A stretch of 63,831 nt of DNA, filler included, from an uncultured bacterium (lineage in GTDB: Bacteria > B130-G9): assembly GCA_965372715.1 (NCBI GenBank). It is 3 parts of 3 records of this genome, joined end to end, with 100 filler letters (N's around TTAATTAATTAA, not from the genome) between each part and the next. Parts side by side here need not be neighbours in the genome. Positions count along the whole stretch, not along the records: positions 1 to 23,878 come from CBDVDH010000056.1; 2 more parts are not named here. One strand, given 5' to 3'. The translations under genes and the position numbers were made by a program. Positions 9,836 through 20,822 of the stretch are shown here, piece by piece. The number at the start of each line of letters is the position of its first letter. Position 1 is the first letter of the stretch. Below the pieces are notes generated by a model. The model was not told the DNA's origin, searched no databases, and saw only the letters and a list, made by a program, of their open reading frames with translations.

Positions 9836-11992
9836 ATGGAGATCTTTTCAGATAGCGTTTTGCTGCGCAATCCAAGAGCGAGGCGCTGGTTCCTTGTCGG
9901 GTCGATTTTGCTGCCGTTGCTCATGAGCGCGTCTGGCCTTCGCGCATACTATATGGGTGAGGCCTGCATGTACCTAAAGCCGGCGAGCTGGTCGGATATA
10001 AAGCGCTACATGGTCAAGGAGGACTGGGGCGAGGAGTTCTACAGGCCGATGATCAGGGTAATCCCTGCGCTTTATCAAAAGCTGTTCGGCGCCAATCCAA
10101 TAATACCTCGGGCGATCCAGTTCTCGACCTACGCCGCAACTTGTCTTCTGGTGTTCCTGATCCTTGAGGCGCTGTCGCAGAGCTTCATTGTGGGGGCGGT
10201 CGGGGCGCTTATCTTCACCGTCATGCCGAGCCACGTGGAATCCATGTTCCAGTTGGTGCAGGGGATAACCCTCAATGGCACATTCTGCTCGCTGTTGGTG
10301 TTCTGGCTGCTGGGCCCCGGCTACAGGAAGAGGCCATGCTGGGCAAGAATCCCTATTGCCTGCCTGGCGTTCGTCTTTGGGCTTCTCTCCTATCCATACG
10401 TCCTATTGACTCCTGTCTTCTTGGTGCTTTATGAGGCGATTTGGTGGCCAAAAGAGGGCTTTGCTCGGGTCAAGAGGAGGGTCTTGAAATGCCATCTTCC
10501 GCTATGGATCATTACCCTGCTCTTTGTGGGATTGAGGTTCTATCAGCTCAGTCAGGTCAGCGACCAGGCAAGCTGGTATCTCGAGGCTGTCAACAGGCTG
10601 ACGGTGTGGCAGGCAATTGTGAAACTTGTCCCGATAGTTTACGTAACTGTATGTCCCCTTCAGCTCTCACCGGCCCTGAGCCTCGCCGCCGCCTTCTTGC
10701 TCTATTTTGGCTTCAAGCACCAGTGGCGGTTCACGCTATTCCTGCTCCTATTTATAGTTGTCGCCCCGGCGCTTAGCTATCCGCAGATTCACGTGACGTG
10801 TCCCCGGGTCTATCTCGCCTCTTTAGGGACTGCGGGTTTGCTGGCTTTTCTTCTCATCAGTTGCCTGGGGGGCTTGCTGGACAGGAAGAGTCGCTCGGCA
10901 GTAGTCTCGTTTCTCGACTGGGTGGTTGTGGGTTCAATAGGATACTGGGTGTTTGAGCTGCTAAGGCTTGGGTGGCTCGGTTTCTTTTCCGAGGTGGGTC
11001 GGACTCACAATCTAAGATTCTATGCTGCCGCACTTGCGGGCGTTGGTGTCCTCCTCAGGTGTATCATCTCCAAGAGCGCCCTCCCGAAGCTCTCAAAGGC
11101 GCCGCTTGTAACCCTATCTGTAGGGCTCATCTCATTGATCGTCGCCTTCTATGCCGCTGGGTTTTTGAAGGTACTGTCGATCTCAATTGCCGGGTGTGAT
11201 GAAGTATCCAGAATTCCCAGAGCGATTGTGGCGACTCAGCCGGATGTGCCGGACAACGCCCTGATTCTGTTAGTTCTTGACGAGGACCTCTCGGTCCCTG
11301 AGGAGCAGGCCCTGGCCGGCCATATCCGGGGGTTCATCAGGGCGGAGTTTGGCCGAAACGTCGTCCCGGTTGCCTTCAAAAGCTGGGTCAGGGGCTCCCA
11401 GCACAATTGGATACTCAACAACAACACACTTATGGCCTTTCGGATTGCTGAGGACAAGGCTGTTGAGGACCGCGAACTCGCAGCACGTATTCTATCGCGG
11501 CAAGAATCGTACCTTGCCATGACCGGCGATGTAGTACATGCTCGCACGGTGGCCAAACAGCTAACGCCCCAGCCAATACAACTTACCCCTGGAATTGACC
11601 CTATGAACATCGACAGAGCTGAATTCTACACCACCGAGCCGTCACGGTCCCTGATGGTGGAGCTCGAGTTCTCATTGGACGGAGCACCGGTCGCCCTGAG
11701 ACTGCCGGCCGTCGTGGAGGGCACAAGAGCGACCGTTCGCCTCGACCGCGAACCCAAGTGGCTCCTGGCTGATGGTCCGGTGCAGGTTCGGACGAGTGTC
11801 TTTGCAGGCGAGAATAGAATACCTGTTGAGGAGGTGCGTCTCGTTCAGACAAAGGGTCTTGTCGAGGAAGAGCCGCTTCGGGCGTTGCCAGAGCTTCCGT
11901 GGGTCCAGGCCTGCCCAACCGTCTCAGACTCAGCAAAGGTGCGGACGCACTTCCGAATGCACGACTTATCCAGCTGCATCGCCTTGCCGTGA
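9836..11992 (+). CDS. Large polytopic membrane protein, probable GT-C fold glycosyltransferase-like
   Basis: AGGAGG RBS before ATG 9836; FYRP and MPSHVES motifs, many TM segments, soluble C-terminal domain. Confidence 0.6.
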   Translation: MEIFSDSVLLRNPRARRWFLVGSILLPLLMSASGLRAYYMGEACMYLKPASWSDIKRYMVKEDWGEEFYRPMIRVIPALYQKLFGANPIIPRAIQFSTYAATCLLVFLILEALSQSFIVGAVGALIFTVMPSHVESMFQLVQGITLNGTFCSLLVFWLLGPGYRKRPCWARIPIACLAFVFGLLSYPYVLLTPVFLVLYEAIWWPKEGFARVKRRVLKCHLPLWIITLLFVGLRFYQLSQVSDQASWYLEAVNRLTVWQAIVKLVPIVYVTVCPLQLSPALSLAAAFLLYFGFKHQWRFTLFLLLFIVVAPALSYPQIHVTCPRVYLASLGTAGLLAFLLISCLGGLLDRKSRSAVVSFLDWVVVGSIGYWVFELLRLGWLGFFSEVGRTHNLRFYAAALAGVGVLLRCIISKSALPKLSKAPLVTLSVGLISLIVAFYAAGFLKVLSISIAGCDEVSRIPRAIVATQPDVPDNALILLVLDEDLSVPEEQALAGHIRGFIRAEFGRNVVPVAFKSWVRGSQHNWILNNNTLMAFRIAEDKAVEDRELAARILSRQESYLAMTGDVVHARTVAKQLTPQPIQLTPGIDPMNIDRAEFYTTEPSRSLMVELEFSLDGAPVALRLPAVVEGTRATVRLDREPKWLLADGPVQVRTSVFAGENRIPVEEVRLVQTKGLVEEEPLRALPELPWVQACPTVSDSAKVRTHFRMHDLSSCIALP

Positions 11993-12286
11993 GGCCCAAA
12001 AGCTGATTCGTGAGACTTGCTTGTCACGTCGATTCCCGTTTGATGGCGCTCGTGCCCACTGCTCCGGTTACTTGCGTTATCGTATCGTATAACTGGGCTA
12101 TGCGCTTCGCGTCAGTTCGTGGCTCAAGAGAACCGCGAATGCACACGAATGGCCGCGAGTGCGTAGCCTGTCCTTCAGTTTCCGTTCATGGCTCCAAACT
12201 GTCTTTTCAAACTAGCCGCCTCGGCGTTATAGTCCTGCTTATCATACTCTATTTAGCACGCTCTATTTAGCACGAAAGGGCAAAGC

Positions 12287-13168
12287 ATGGCGATAATCTT
12301 GGATGGAAAGAAGACCGCGGCGAAAATCGAAGAAAAACTCGCTGAGCAAGTCGAGGCACTTGAGAAGGAGAGAGGCGTCCGGCCGGGTCTTGCCGTCGTT
12401 CTGGTCGGTGAGCATCCCGCCTCGACCACTTACGTCAGAATGAAGAACAAAAGGGCCGCAAAGATTGGCCTGCATTTCGAGCTTCGCAAGTTCCCGACCA
12501 CGGTCACGAAGGAGGAGCTGCACGAGACCATTAACGAACTAAACCGCAGCGACAAGGTGCATGGAATACTCGTCCAGCTGCCGCTTCCGGCCCATCTCGA
12601 CCCTCACGAGGCGATCGACTGGATACTCCCAGAGAAGGACGCCGACGGCCTGAGCACGCTCAATCAGGGCCTCCTGTATCGCGGCAAGCCGTGCCTGATG
12701 CCCTGCACTCCGAAAGGGATGATCAGGTTGCTCGACGAATACGGCATCACGACTGAGGGCAAGAACGCGGTCGTGATCGGTCGTAGTGAGCTAGTCGGTC
12801 GTCCGCTGGCGGTGATGCTTTCTAGCAGGAGGCGGAACGCGACGGTAACGGTTGCACATACTCGGACTCGCGATCTAAGGCGAATAACTAAACAAGCGGA
12901 GATCGTCGCGGTCGCCGCCGGACGAGCCCAAATGCTCGACGCCACCTACTTCGCGGAAGGCGTCGTCGTGCTTGACGCGGGCATCAACCCGATTTCGTGC
13001 AAGGAATCGAAGACCGGGCGCCGACTGGTTGGCGACGTCGATTTCGAGTCCGTCTCCAAGATCGCCTCCTACATCACGCCAGTTCCCGGCGGCGTTGGCC
13101 CGATGACCGTCTGCATGCTCCTCGAGAACACGGTCGAGGCGGCGAGGCGGCTATGCGGTGTCGTATAG
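12287..13168 (+). CDS. folD: Methylenetetrahydrofolate dehydrogenase/cyclohydrolase
   Basis: YVRMK, GILVQLPLP, KDADG, PCTPKG, GRSELVGRP, TPVPGGVGPMT. Confidence 0.97.
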   Translation: MAIILDGKKTAAKIEEKLAEQVEALEKERGVRPGLAVVLVGEHPASTTYVRMKNKRAAKIGLHFELRKFPTTVTKEELHETINELNRSDKVHGILVQLPLPAHLDPHEAIDWILPEKDADGLSTLNQGLLYRGKPCLMPCTPKGMIRLLDEYGITTEGKNAVVIGRSELVGRPLAVMLSSRRRNATVTVAHTRTRDLRRITKQAEIVAVAAGRAQMLDATYFAEGVVVLDAGINPISCKESKTGRRLVGDVDFESVSKIASYITPVPGGVGPMTVCMLLENTVEAARRLCGVV

Positions 13169-13334
13169 ATTCTGCGCCGGCTTTGTTTCTGTCGATGCCG
13201 CACGTGCGTCTGACCATCGAATCGCTGCCGAGGCCTCATAGCGGCCTTTTGGGTAGTCTTCATGGCGAGGGCAAGGGCTTTGACGGAGCGTCCTCTTCCC
13301 TGGAAGCGACTTCACCTGCGATTCCAGAGCTGCC

Positions 13335-14099
13335 CTAGGGAATCCCGCGCAGCAGCCGGGCGGAGTTGAGCTGCACCTGAAGATGATAGGCTTTGTGCCG
13401 GTTCAGGAGGCGTAGGAGCTCGCGGGCGAGGGGCCGACTGACGCGTGTGGTCCTGAGCGACTCGATAGGCTTGCTCATTGCCATCTTGGCAAAAGCCACG
13501 GCGCCGGCGCCAACCTTGATGGCTGAATCTCCCTCGTAGTCCGGCTCACGCCTCGACCAGCAATCCGGGCATATAACGCCGCCCGCCCCGACCAGAAAAC
13601 GGGACATCGCAGTCTCTTGGGGCCTACTACACACAACGCAGCGTGAAAGGGAAGGCGCGTATCCCAGCGCACAGAGTATCTTGAACTCCGCTGCAAGGGC
13701 GACCGCCTTAGGTCCGCGACACTTACTTATGGCATTCAGTGTTGGCAACAGCAGGTCGTAGAGCTCCGGGCAGGGGCCACGGTCAGGAACGGTAAGAAGC
13801 AGGAGTTCAGAGATATACGAGGCGCAGACAAAGCGGAGGTAGTTCGACATGAGTTCGGGGAATATGGCCAGTCTCTCGCATTCCTCGATCTTCACGGCAC
13901 CGGTCTTGGTCATACGCCTTAGTTGAAACCGGCACTGTGTAAGAGCCAGCAGTGAGCCTCGAAGCTTGCCAGGTCGGTTGAGACGCCTAGCGACCAGGTT
14001 CAGCCGGCCAAGTGTTTGCGTTAGGACCGACACCTGGGCGTCAAAATCGCTTCCTACTGTGATTTTTAGGATGATTCCGTCTATCGAGAAAGTGCACAT
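13335..14099 (-). CDS. recO: DNA repair protein RecO
   Basis: N-terminal OB-like region (GIILK..LTQTLGRL), LGYAPSLSRCVVC and GGVICPDC zinc motifs. Confidence 0.85.
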   Translation of the reverse strand: MCTFSIDGIILKITVGSDFDAQVSVLTQTLGRLNLVARRLNRPGKLRGSLLALTQCRFQLRRMTKTGAVKIEECERLAIFPELMSNYLRFVCASYISELLLLTVPDRGPCPELYDLLLPTLNAISKCRGPKAVALAAEFKILCALGYAPSLSRCVVCSRPQETAMSRFLVGAGGVICPDCWSRREPDYEGDSAIKVGAGAVAFAKMAMSKPIESLRTTRVSRPLARELLRLLNRHKAYHLQVQLNSARLLRGIP

Positions 14100-14297
14100 C
14101 AGACTGTCGTTCGGCAGGAGCTTGCTATGTCAGTAGGCAGCGCTGTCCAGAAAATAGCAGAAAAGCCCGCGCCACACAAACCATCGGTTACTCCTTTGCG
14201 CTTCCCACGGAAAAGCAGGCTGGGAAGCCTTGTCGAGAGACTGGTCATCCTTCTGCGCACAAGGGTCCGTGTGGAACCCAAGGGAGGCGATGCTGTG

Positions 14298-14618
14298 CTA
14301 TCTGCCAGAGACGAGCTGGCTTTCTTCTTCTATGCTGATTATTCCTTTTTCCGCCAACAACCGGAGTATCCTGATCAGAACCCCTCTGATCTGCGAGGCG
14401 CGAACCATCTTGTCGAGGGAAGTTGGCTCTTCCGGAGAAGCCGGGCCCTCACACAACTGCCTGAACTCGTCGGTTATCGCCTCGAGCACGAAGATCATCT
14501 CTCCGTAGGTAACGTTGCCGCCGCGCGACTCAGCGAATTCGTCGATCGCGGCCATGACCGCACCTCTGAGTCGCATGAACTCCTCATCGCTGTCAAAGAC
14601 ATTCCTTGCTTCAACCAT
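14298..14618 (-). CDS. Hypothetical protein
   Basis: 106-aa ORF preceded by GGAG, co-oriented between the aminotransferase and recO. Confidence 0.6.
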   Translation of the reverse strand: MVEARNVFDSDEEFMRLRGAVMAAIDEFAESRGGNVTYGEMIFVLEAITDEFRQLCEGPASPEEPTSLDKMVRASQIRGVLIRILRLLAEKGIISIEEESQLVSGR

Positions 14619-14643
14619 CCCCGCTCTCCTTCATCCCGTTTAA

Positions 14644-15852
14644 CTATCGCCTGTAGTTGGTGATTATCTTATCAACCGCCGCGACCACACTCCGAACGTC
14701 CGCGTCGGTCAACGACGGGTAAAGCGGCAAGCTGACGAGCCTCTCGCTTGCGTGCTCGGCGTTCGGGAAGTCGCCGGTTTCGAACCCATACTTCTCTCGG
14801 TAATAGGGATGCAGATGCAGCGCCCTGAAGTGGACTGCCATGCCGATGTTCTCCGCCTGCATCGCGTTTAGGAACTGGTCCCGGTCGCAGCTTAGTCGCT
14901 CGAGCTTCAGGACAATTGGGTATAAGTGGTGGGCGTGTTGGACGTTGTCCTTTCTTGCGAGTGGCTTCAGTTCAGGCATGTGACTTAATGCAGCGTCGTA
15001 GATTGAGACTATCTCCCGACGACGTCTCGCAAACCCTTCAAGCCGATCCAGCTGGTGCAGAAGCATCGCGGCCTGAACGTCCATCATGTTATACTTAAAG
15101 CCCGGGGCAACGCACTCGTAATGGGCGAACCCGCCTTTGTCGTAGCGCTTCCAGGCATCCTTTGTGAGGCCGTGGAGTCTGAGAACGACGAACTCATCCT
15201 GAAGCTCTCGCGTCCGAAGACACGCCGCGCCGCCCTCGCCGCTGGTTATGCTCTTTGTCGCGTAAAAGCTGAACGCGCCGACGTCGCCGAATGTCCCGCA
15301 GTGCTTTCCGTCGATCTCGGCCTCGATAGCGTGGGCGCAGTCCTCAACCACACGCACTCCGTGTCTCGCAACGATAGCCATTATCGCTGGCATGTCGCAG
15401 GGATGCCCCGCGTAGTGAATGGGAATGACGACCTTAGTGCGCGGAGTAATCGCACTCTCGAGCAGCACGGGGTCCATCAGAAGCGTGTCGGGCTCGACGT
15501 CAACGAAGACCGTCTTGGCGCGCTGATGTTCGATGACGTTCGCAGTCGATGGGAACGTGATCGGGGTCGTGATCACCTCGTCGTCCTGGGCCACGCCCAG
15601 CGTGACGAGGCCGAGATGCAGACCCGCTGTGCAGGAGTTCAGACCAGCTACATGAGGCGCGCCGAGGTATTGTGCAAATCGTCTCTCGAAGAGCGCCGTT
15701 TTGGGCCCAGTCGTGAGCCAGCCAGACCTGAACGAATCTGCGATCTCATCCACTTCCTCCCTGCCAACGCTCGACTTGTGAAAGAAGAGAAAATCGTCTC
15801 TTACCGGCTTCCCGCCGTCAATCGCAAGTTTCGACACCGTCACCTCGCTCAA
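14644..15852 (-). CDS. DegT/DnrJ/EryC1/StrS sugar aminotransferase
   Basis: WLTTGP, NSCTAGLH, VVEDCAHA, FSFYATKSITSGEGG, SLPLYP. Confidence 0.95.
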   Translation of the reverse strand: MSEVTVSKLAIDGGKPVRDDFLFFHKSSVGREEVDEIADSFRSGWLTTGPKTALFERRFAQYLGAPHVAGLNSCTAGLHLGLVTLGVAQDDEVITTPITFPSTANVIEHQRAKTVFVDVEPDTLLMDPVLLESAITPRTKVVIPIHYAGHPCDMPAIMAIVARHGVRVVEDCAHAIEAEIDGKHCGTFGDVGAFSFYATKSITSGEGGAACLRTRELQDEFVVLRLHGLTKDAWKRYDKGGFAHYECVAPGFKYNMMDVQAAMLLHQLDRLEGFARRRREIVSIYDAALSHMPELKPLARKDNVQHAHHLYPIVLKLERLSCDRDQFLNAMQAENIGMAVHFRALHLHPYYREKYGFETGDFPNAEHASERLVSLPLYPSLTDADVRSVVAAVDKIITNYRR

Positions 15853-15941
15853 GCTTCATGTAGTATGGCTATTTTGTGTGCGTCTAGCGCCTCAAGAGCG
15901 CTAATCTGTGCAATCTGCGTAATCTGCGGATTAGCCCTATT

Positions 15942-17201
15942 TCAACAGCTCCTACGCATCGCAATGTCTCGCCTGAAATACTTGCCCTCGAAATGTATCC
16001 GGTCAACCGCGTCATAAACCCGCTCAAGCGCGTCTTTCTTGGTCGCGCCGACCGCTGTTACGCCGAGCACTCTGCCCCCGGCGGTTACGACCCTACTATC
16101 GACCATTCTTGTCCCAGCATGGAAGACGATAACGTTATCGAGCTTCTCGCAATCAGAAAGACCAGAGATCTCAAGGCCCTTCTCGTATTTGCCCGGATAG
16201 CCTTTGGAGGCAAGTGTTACACACACGCAGTGGTTATCTTCCACCTCGATCTTCATCCCAGAGAGCGAGCCATCCGCCGCAGCCAAGAGGACAGGCACGA
16301 GGTCGCCCTTGACCCTGGGCAGCGTGGCCTGGGTCTCGGGGTCCCCGAACCGGCAGTTGAACTCCAGAACATAAGGGTCGCCATCAACAATCATTAGCCC
16401 AGCGTAGAGCGCACCACGATAAACAATCCCTTGCTCCTTAAGCCCTTGAATGGCGGGAAGCATTATCTCGCGCATCACACGGTCACCAAGAGCCTCGTCC
16501 ACGACATCGGTGGGCGAAAACGCGCCCATTCCACCCGTATTCGGGCCCCTGTCGCCATCCAACAGCTGCTTGTGGTCCTCGGAGCACGGCAATGAAAGAA
16601 CCCTCTCGCCATCCGTTATCACAACAACCGAGGCCTCCCGCCCGGGCAGGAAATCCTCAACTACGATCCTCTTCCCAGCTTCGCCAAGCCGTCCCTCGAT
16701 AAGCGTATGTCGCAGCGCCTCATTAACGTCGTCCTCGGTTCGGCACACAAAGGCGCCCTTGCCGGCGGCCAGGCCATCGGCCTTGATTACGAGCGGCAAC
16801 TCTTTGTTTTTGATGTTCGACAGCGCTTTTTTGAAGTTCTCAAAGACCGAAAACCCCGCCGTGCGAATCCCGTGCTTGACCATGAGCCTCTTGGCAAAGA
16901 CCTTGCTCGTCTCGATCGCCGCCGCGTCCTTTGTGGGGCCGAACACCGTCAGCCCCTCGGACTGCAACGCGTCCGCGAGGCCGGCCGCAAGCGGCGCCTC
17001 AGGCCCAACGACCGTCAGATCGATGCGATGTTCCTTCGCAAGAGCGACGATGCCCGGTGTGTCCATTACGTTGCCGGGCAGATTCTCTGCAATAGCAGCG
17101 GTTCCGGGCACGCAGAAGAGAGCGTGTACAAGGGGACTCTGCTCGATCTTCCAGGCCAGGGCATGTTCACGCCCGCCGCCGCCCACGATCATTACACGCA
17201 T
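15942..17201 (-). CDS. purD: Phosphoribosylamine-glycine ligase
   Basis: GGGGREHAL, KADGLAAGKG, GPNTGGMG, EFNCRFGDPE, GGRVL. Confidence 0.98.
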   Translation of the reverse strand: MRVMIVGGGGREHALAWKIEQSPLVHALFCVPGTAAIAENLPGNVMDTPGIVALAKEHRIDLTVVGPEAPLAAGLADALQSEGLTVFGPTKDAAAIETSKVFAKRLMVKHGIRTAGFSVFENFKKALSNIKNKELPLVIKADGLAAGKGAFVCRTEDDVNEALRHTLIEGRLGEAGKRIVVEDFLPGREASVVVITDGERVLSLPCSEDHKQLLDGDRGPNTGGMGAFSPTDVVDEALGDRVMREIMLPAIQGLKEQGIVYRGALYAGLMIVDGDPYVLEFNCRFGDPETQATLPRVKGDLVPVLLAAADGSLSGMKIEVEDNHCVCVTLASKGYPGKYEKGLEISGLSDCEKLDNVIVFHAGTRMVDSRVVTAGGRVLGVTAVGATKKDALERVYDAVDRIHFEGKYFRRDIAMRRSC

Positions 17202-17212
17202 AGACGACTCCG

Positions 17213-17310
17213 GAAGGCTGAATTATGAATGATGAAGGATGAATCACACATTAGAGCTTTATAATCCTTCATCCTTCCGCCTTCATCCTTCATCCTTCAT
17301 CCTTCCGCCT
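17213..17310. repeat. Heptamer-built composite repeat (GATGAAG/CTTCATC), copy 1
   Basis: Matches the reverse complement of 22410-22502, including the unique spacer cattagagc. Confidence 0.8.
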
Positions 17311-17319
17311 CTAAAGGTG

Positions 17320-18873
17320 TTAGTGCAAGAAGTGGCGCATCCCGGTGAAGACCATCGGTATCTTCAGCCTGTTGCACGCGTCGATGACCTCCTGGTCGCG
17401 CTTGGAGCCGCCCGGCTGGATTATGGCTGCAATCCCGGCCTTGTGCGCCTCCTCAATGGAATCGGCAAACGGAAAGAAGGCGTCGGACGCGAGCACCGCT
17501 CCCACGCTCTTCTCACCGGCTTTCTCTATTGCAATCCTGGCCGCATCGACCCTGTTCGTTTGGCCAGCGCCGATTCCCACCGTAACGCCGTCTTTTGCCA
17601 CAACTATCGCGTTCGACTTCACGTGCTTGCAGACGGTCCAAGCGAAGTGCAGATCATCCTCGAGCCGCTTGTCGGGCGAAATCTCGGTGACGGTTCTCAG
17701 ATTGGCTCTGTCAAACACCTCGGCGTCGAAGGTCTGAATCAGGAAGCCGCCCGGCACCGTCGTGTGAACGAGCTTGCACCCGCCTCGTATGAATCCTGCT
17801 GGATACATAAGGAATCGCCTGTTTTTCTTTCTTGAAAGCATCTCGAGCACGCCTTCCTCGTATGAGGGGGCTATTAGGCCCTCGACGAACATGGTCCTGT
17901 GCACGAGCTGCGCCGTCCCCATGTCCACCGGTCTATTGAAGGCAATGATACAGCCGTATGCTGAGACGGGGTCCGCATCAAGGGCCCGCATGTAGGCCTG
18001 GTCGAGGCGCTCGGCAACCGCGACGCCGCAGGGACTCCGATGCTTGACTATTGCGACCGCTGGCCTGTCAAACTCGGCTGCAAGATTCAGCGCCGCAGAT
18101 AAGTCAACGATGTTGTTGTAAGAAAGCTCCTTGCCAGACAGTTTCGTTGCGCCCAGCACCGCCGCGTCGTCGTCTTCTACTGCATAGAGCGCCGCCTTCT
18201 GATGCGGGTTCTCGCCATACCTCAGTTCCTTCAACCTCGTGAGCGAAAGACATACCGACTCAGGAAAGGCCTCATCCTCAGAGGACGTCAGCAGAGACAG
18301 ATACGACGCGATCGCGGCGTCAAATTGCGACGTCATCTTGAATAACTCTATGGCCATCTCGGCCCGCGTGGATAACGTAATCGAGCCCGAATGCTCTTCC
18401 AACTCGGCGGCTACGCGCTTGTAGAACTTCGGCCCGGGCACGACCAGGACATCTTTGAAGTTCTTTGCGGCGGACCGCGCCATAGTCGGCCCGCCAATGT
18501 CGATGAGCTCGGTTGCATTCTGAAGATCGAGGCATTCCTCCTTCGCCCGGCCAAAGGGATAGAAGTCAACCACGACAATGTCGATTGGGTCCGCGCCGCA
18601 TTCCGCAAGCTGCGAAACGTGTTCATCGATTTCGCGCCTGGCCAATATCCCGGCGTGAATCTTCGGGTGAAGCGTCTTGACGCGGCCGTCCAAGAGCTCC
18701 GCGTATCCGGTTATGTCCTCGACAAGTGTTACCTTGAGTCCGGCTCCTCTAAGTTTGGCCGCTGTGCCGCCGGTCGAGATCAACTTGACGCCAAGATTCG
18801 CCAAGCGACGGCAGAAATCCACGACTCCTTCTTTGTTGAACACGCTGACAAGCGCGACATTAACCTTTCTCAT
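17320..18873 (-). CDS. purH: AICAR transformylase/IMP cyclohydrolase
   Basis: STGGTA, GRVKTLHP, IDIGGP, LRYGENPHQ, SDAFFPF, IIQPGGS, GMRHF. Confidence 0.98.
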   Translation of the reverse strand: MRKVNVALVSVFNKEGVVDFCRRLANLGVKLISTGGTAAKLRGAGLKVTLVEDITGYAELLDGRVKTLHPKIHAGILARREIDEHVSQLAECGADPIDIVVVDFYPFGRAKEECLDLQNATELIDIGGPTMARSAAKNFKDVLVVPGPKFYKRVAAELEEHSGSITLSTRAEMAIELFKMTSQFDAAIASYLSLLTSSEDEAFPESVCLSLTRLKELRYGENPHQKAALYAVEDDDAAVLGATKLSGKELSYNNIVDLSAALNLAAEFDRPAVAIVKHRSPCGVAVAERLDQAYMRALDADPVSAYGCIIAFNRPVDMGTAQLVHRTMFVEGLIAPSYEEGVLEMLSRKKNRRFLMYPAGFIRGGCKLVHTTVPGGFLIQTFDAEVFDRANLRTVTEISPDKRLEDDLHFAWTVCKHVKSNAIVVAKDGVTVGIGAGQTNRVDAARIAIEKAGEKSVGAVLASDAFFPFADSIEEAHKAGIAAIIQPGGSKRDQEVIDACNRLKIPMVFTGMRHFLH

Positions 18874-18907
18874 TTCAATTGCCTCATTATCTTACTCTTT
18901 TGAATGT

Positions 18908-19309
18908 TTAACGTGCCCAAGATAACGTAACAACCGCGACCGCGTAATCGCCATCATGGCTGAGCGAGACTGACGCGTTGCCCAGAGCTAGTTGCCTTGA
19001 GGCGCCGTTCGCCACCCGAAGCCTCGGAACACCAGAGGGTTCGACGGCTACCTCAAACGAACTGAGCGGCAAATCGCCCATTCCCGCCGCTGAAAACGCC
19101 TTATAGGCCGCCTCCTTCGCCGCGAACCTCGCGGCCAGATGAGGATACGGATCACACTTCTTCATAGAGTAAGCGAGCTCACCCTTCGAGAAGTAGCGGC
19201 CCAAGAACCGCTCGCCCCGACGCTCGGTTATCTCCCTCACGCGCGAGACCCGCACAATATCAACGCCCACAAAGGCCTGCAATTCCGCTTCACCTGAGCC
19301 GATATGCAA
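18908..19309 (-). CDS. acpS: Holo-ACP synthase
   Basis: GVDIV, RFAAKEA, SLSHD; exact start uncertain. Confidence 0.92.
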   Translation of the reverse strand: MHIGSGEAELQAFVGVDIVRVSRVREITERRGERFLGRYFSKGELAYSMKKCDPYPHLAARFAAKEAAYKAFSAAGMGDLPLSSFEVAVEPSGVPRLRVANGASRQLALGNASVSLSHDGDYAVAVVTLSWAR

Positions 19310-19742
19310 ACTGATAATCTGACTCAGCCCCTGCTTGAAACATCTCTAACCCGGTCATAAGTGGCCTTTTTCTGGGGCGACAGATGTTATTGTGGCTCTA
19401 AATGGCTAATAAAGACCCGTCACATCACAGAATCCCCGATGACAGAGTATATCACAAGGGACAGGTTGGTTTCCAACGACAAGAAACGTCCTGAGATAGC
19501 TTTTGACGATGGCCGCACCATGTGCGGCGCTGCGCTGCTTTCGGGGCGGAACTCGCCCGCGTGCGGTTTGACACACACCCGGCTGAAGCCTCTCAAGGTC
19601 GAGAGCCGGATCAAGGAGAGCGTTGGGGCGGATTCGCTCCCTGCTGAGCGAGAGCTGCGCACTCAAGGCGTGCTGGATGCCAATGGCTGCAGACTCATAC
19701 AATCAGTCGGAAGGCTCGAACGAGCAGCTTATGAATTGTGGA

Positions 19743-19810
19743 GGCTAACGCTGGCGTTAACCGGCCGAGGGGCAGCGACCCGAAGGTCCGTGTTGACCGC
19801 GTTGTTAGCC
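19743..19810 (-). mobile_element. Integron attC site
   Basis: Minus strand GGCTAAC-AACGC-GGTCAACACGGACC...GGCCGGTTAACGCCAGC-GTTAGCC; complementary R''/R' boxes, imperfect palindrome, 3 nt after the GIY-YIG stop. Confidence 0.85.
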
Positions 19811-19813
19811 GTT

Positions 19814-20704
19814 TTAGTTATCATTCAATCCAAACGGCTGTCGCGTGTGAAGCCGTTCTTTCCTTGAGCTTTCGAGCCTAATGAGATCACCTGCACTCAT
19901 GTCAGGCGACACTCTTTGCAGAATACTGAATCGGAGATTGCGGGGATCACGCTTCCTTAAGAGCTTATTTCCACCGTGCCCACGCGCAGCATAGTTCAAC
20001 CAGCGACCGTATAGATTGGCCTCGCCGTATGCGGAGCCCACATAACCCTTCCCATCGGAAGTGTCGAATATGTAGTATGTGCCACGCCACTCAGAAAGTG
20101 CCGACTTCCAACGTGAAGGGAGGACTCCGAGTTCTTCCCACCGTAAAGTGATTGCATCCTATTCGGGCATCGCAGCGTCGAGCAAGCTCTCTTCGAGAAC
20201 GGAAAGAACTGGAAAAACGTTCCGATTTGCGTACCGCCACCACGACCGCTCTCTTCCTGGCCAACCTACAACCAGCTTCCCTTTCCAAGAAGCAAATAAC
20301 TCAGTGAGGACTAGGTCGAACCAGAGGATGGAATGTCTTACGTCTTCTCCCGTGAAGCCGCGCATACCAAACGTCTTCATCTTCATGTAAGCAGGCACTT
20401 GCCAATACTGTTTCAGAGTAAGCGGTTTTGTTTTCCCGATTGAATACAAGCCGATGAATACGGCTTTGCCTGGCTCATGACCGATGAATGACGCGACATA
20501 GCCTGAGCCGGACATATTTGCCATGACGTTTTCGAGCCTCTCACCCTGCGTCTGTTGGTAAGCGTTGAATACATCGGGCTTCTCTGCAGCCAACCGTGGG
20601 AGAACCTTGTTTAACTCAGGCTCGGGTGGTCTGTGGCGTAGGACGAGAACGTGCTTAGGGTCAATTTTTTTGATTTCGAACAAGTCGTTGAGATTCATTT
20701 CCAT
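19814..20704 (-). pseudogene. GIY-YIG nuclease family cassette gene interrupted by one in-frame TAG
   Basis: Frame continues through TAG (20159-20161): MPE*DAITLRWEELGVLPSRWKSALSEWRGTYYIFDTSDGKGYVGSAYG...FGLNDN; GTY...YVG resembles GIY-YIG. Confidence 0.82.
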
Positions 20705-20822
20705 TCTACCGCATACTCCCGTTGTTTAGAGGGCTAACGTCACGTTTCTCGTGTGCCCGGAAAGCGTCCGCTCCGGCTTGCGCCTCACCTGGGTCAACTG
20801 TGTTTTTCGGTCTCATGTTAAA

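Noticed and set aside
19361-19740. ORFs between acpS and the first attC, and a possible further attC near 19622
   Set aside because: No recognisable protein features and no matching R' box or palindrome.
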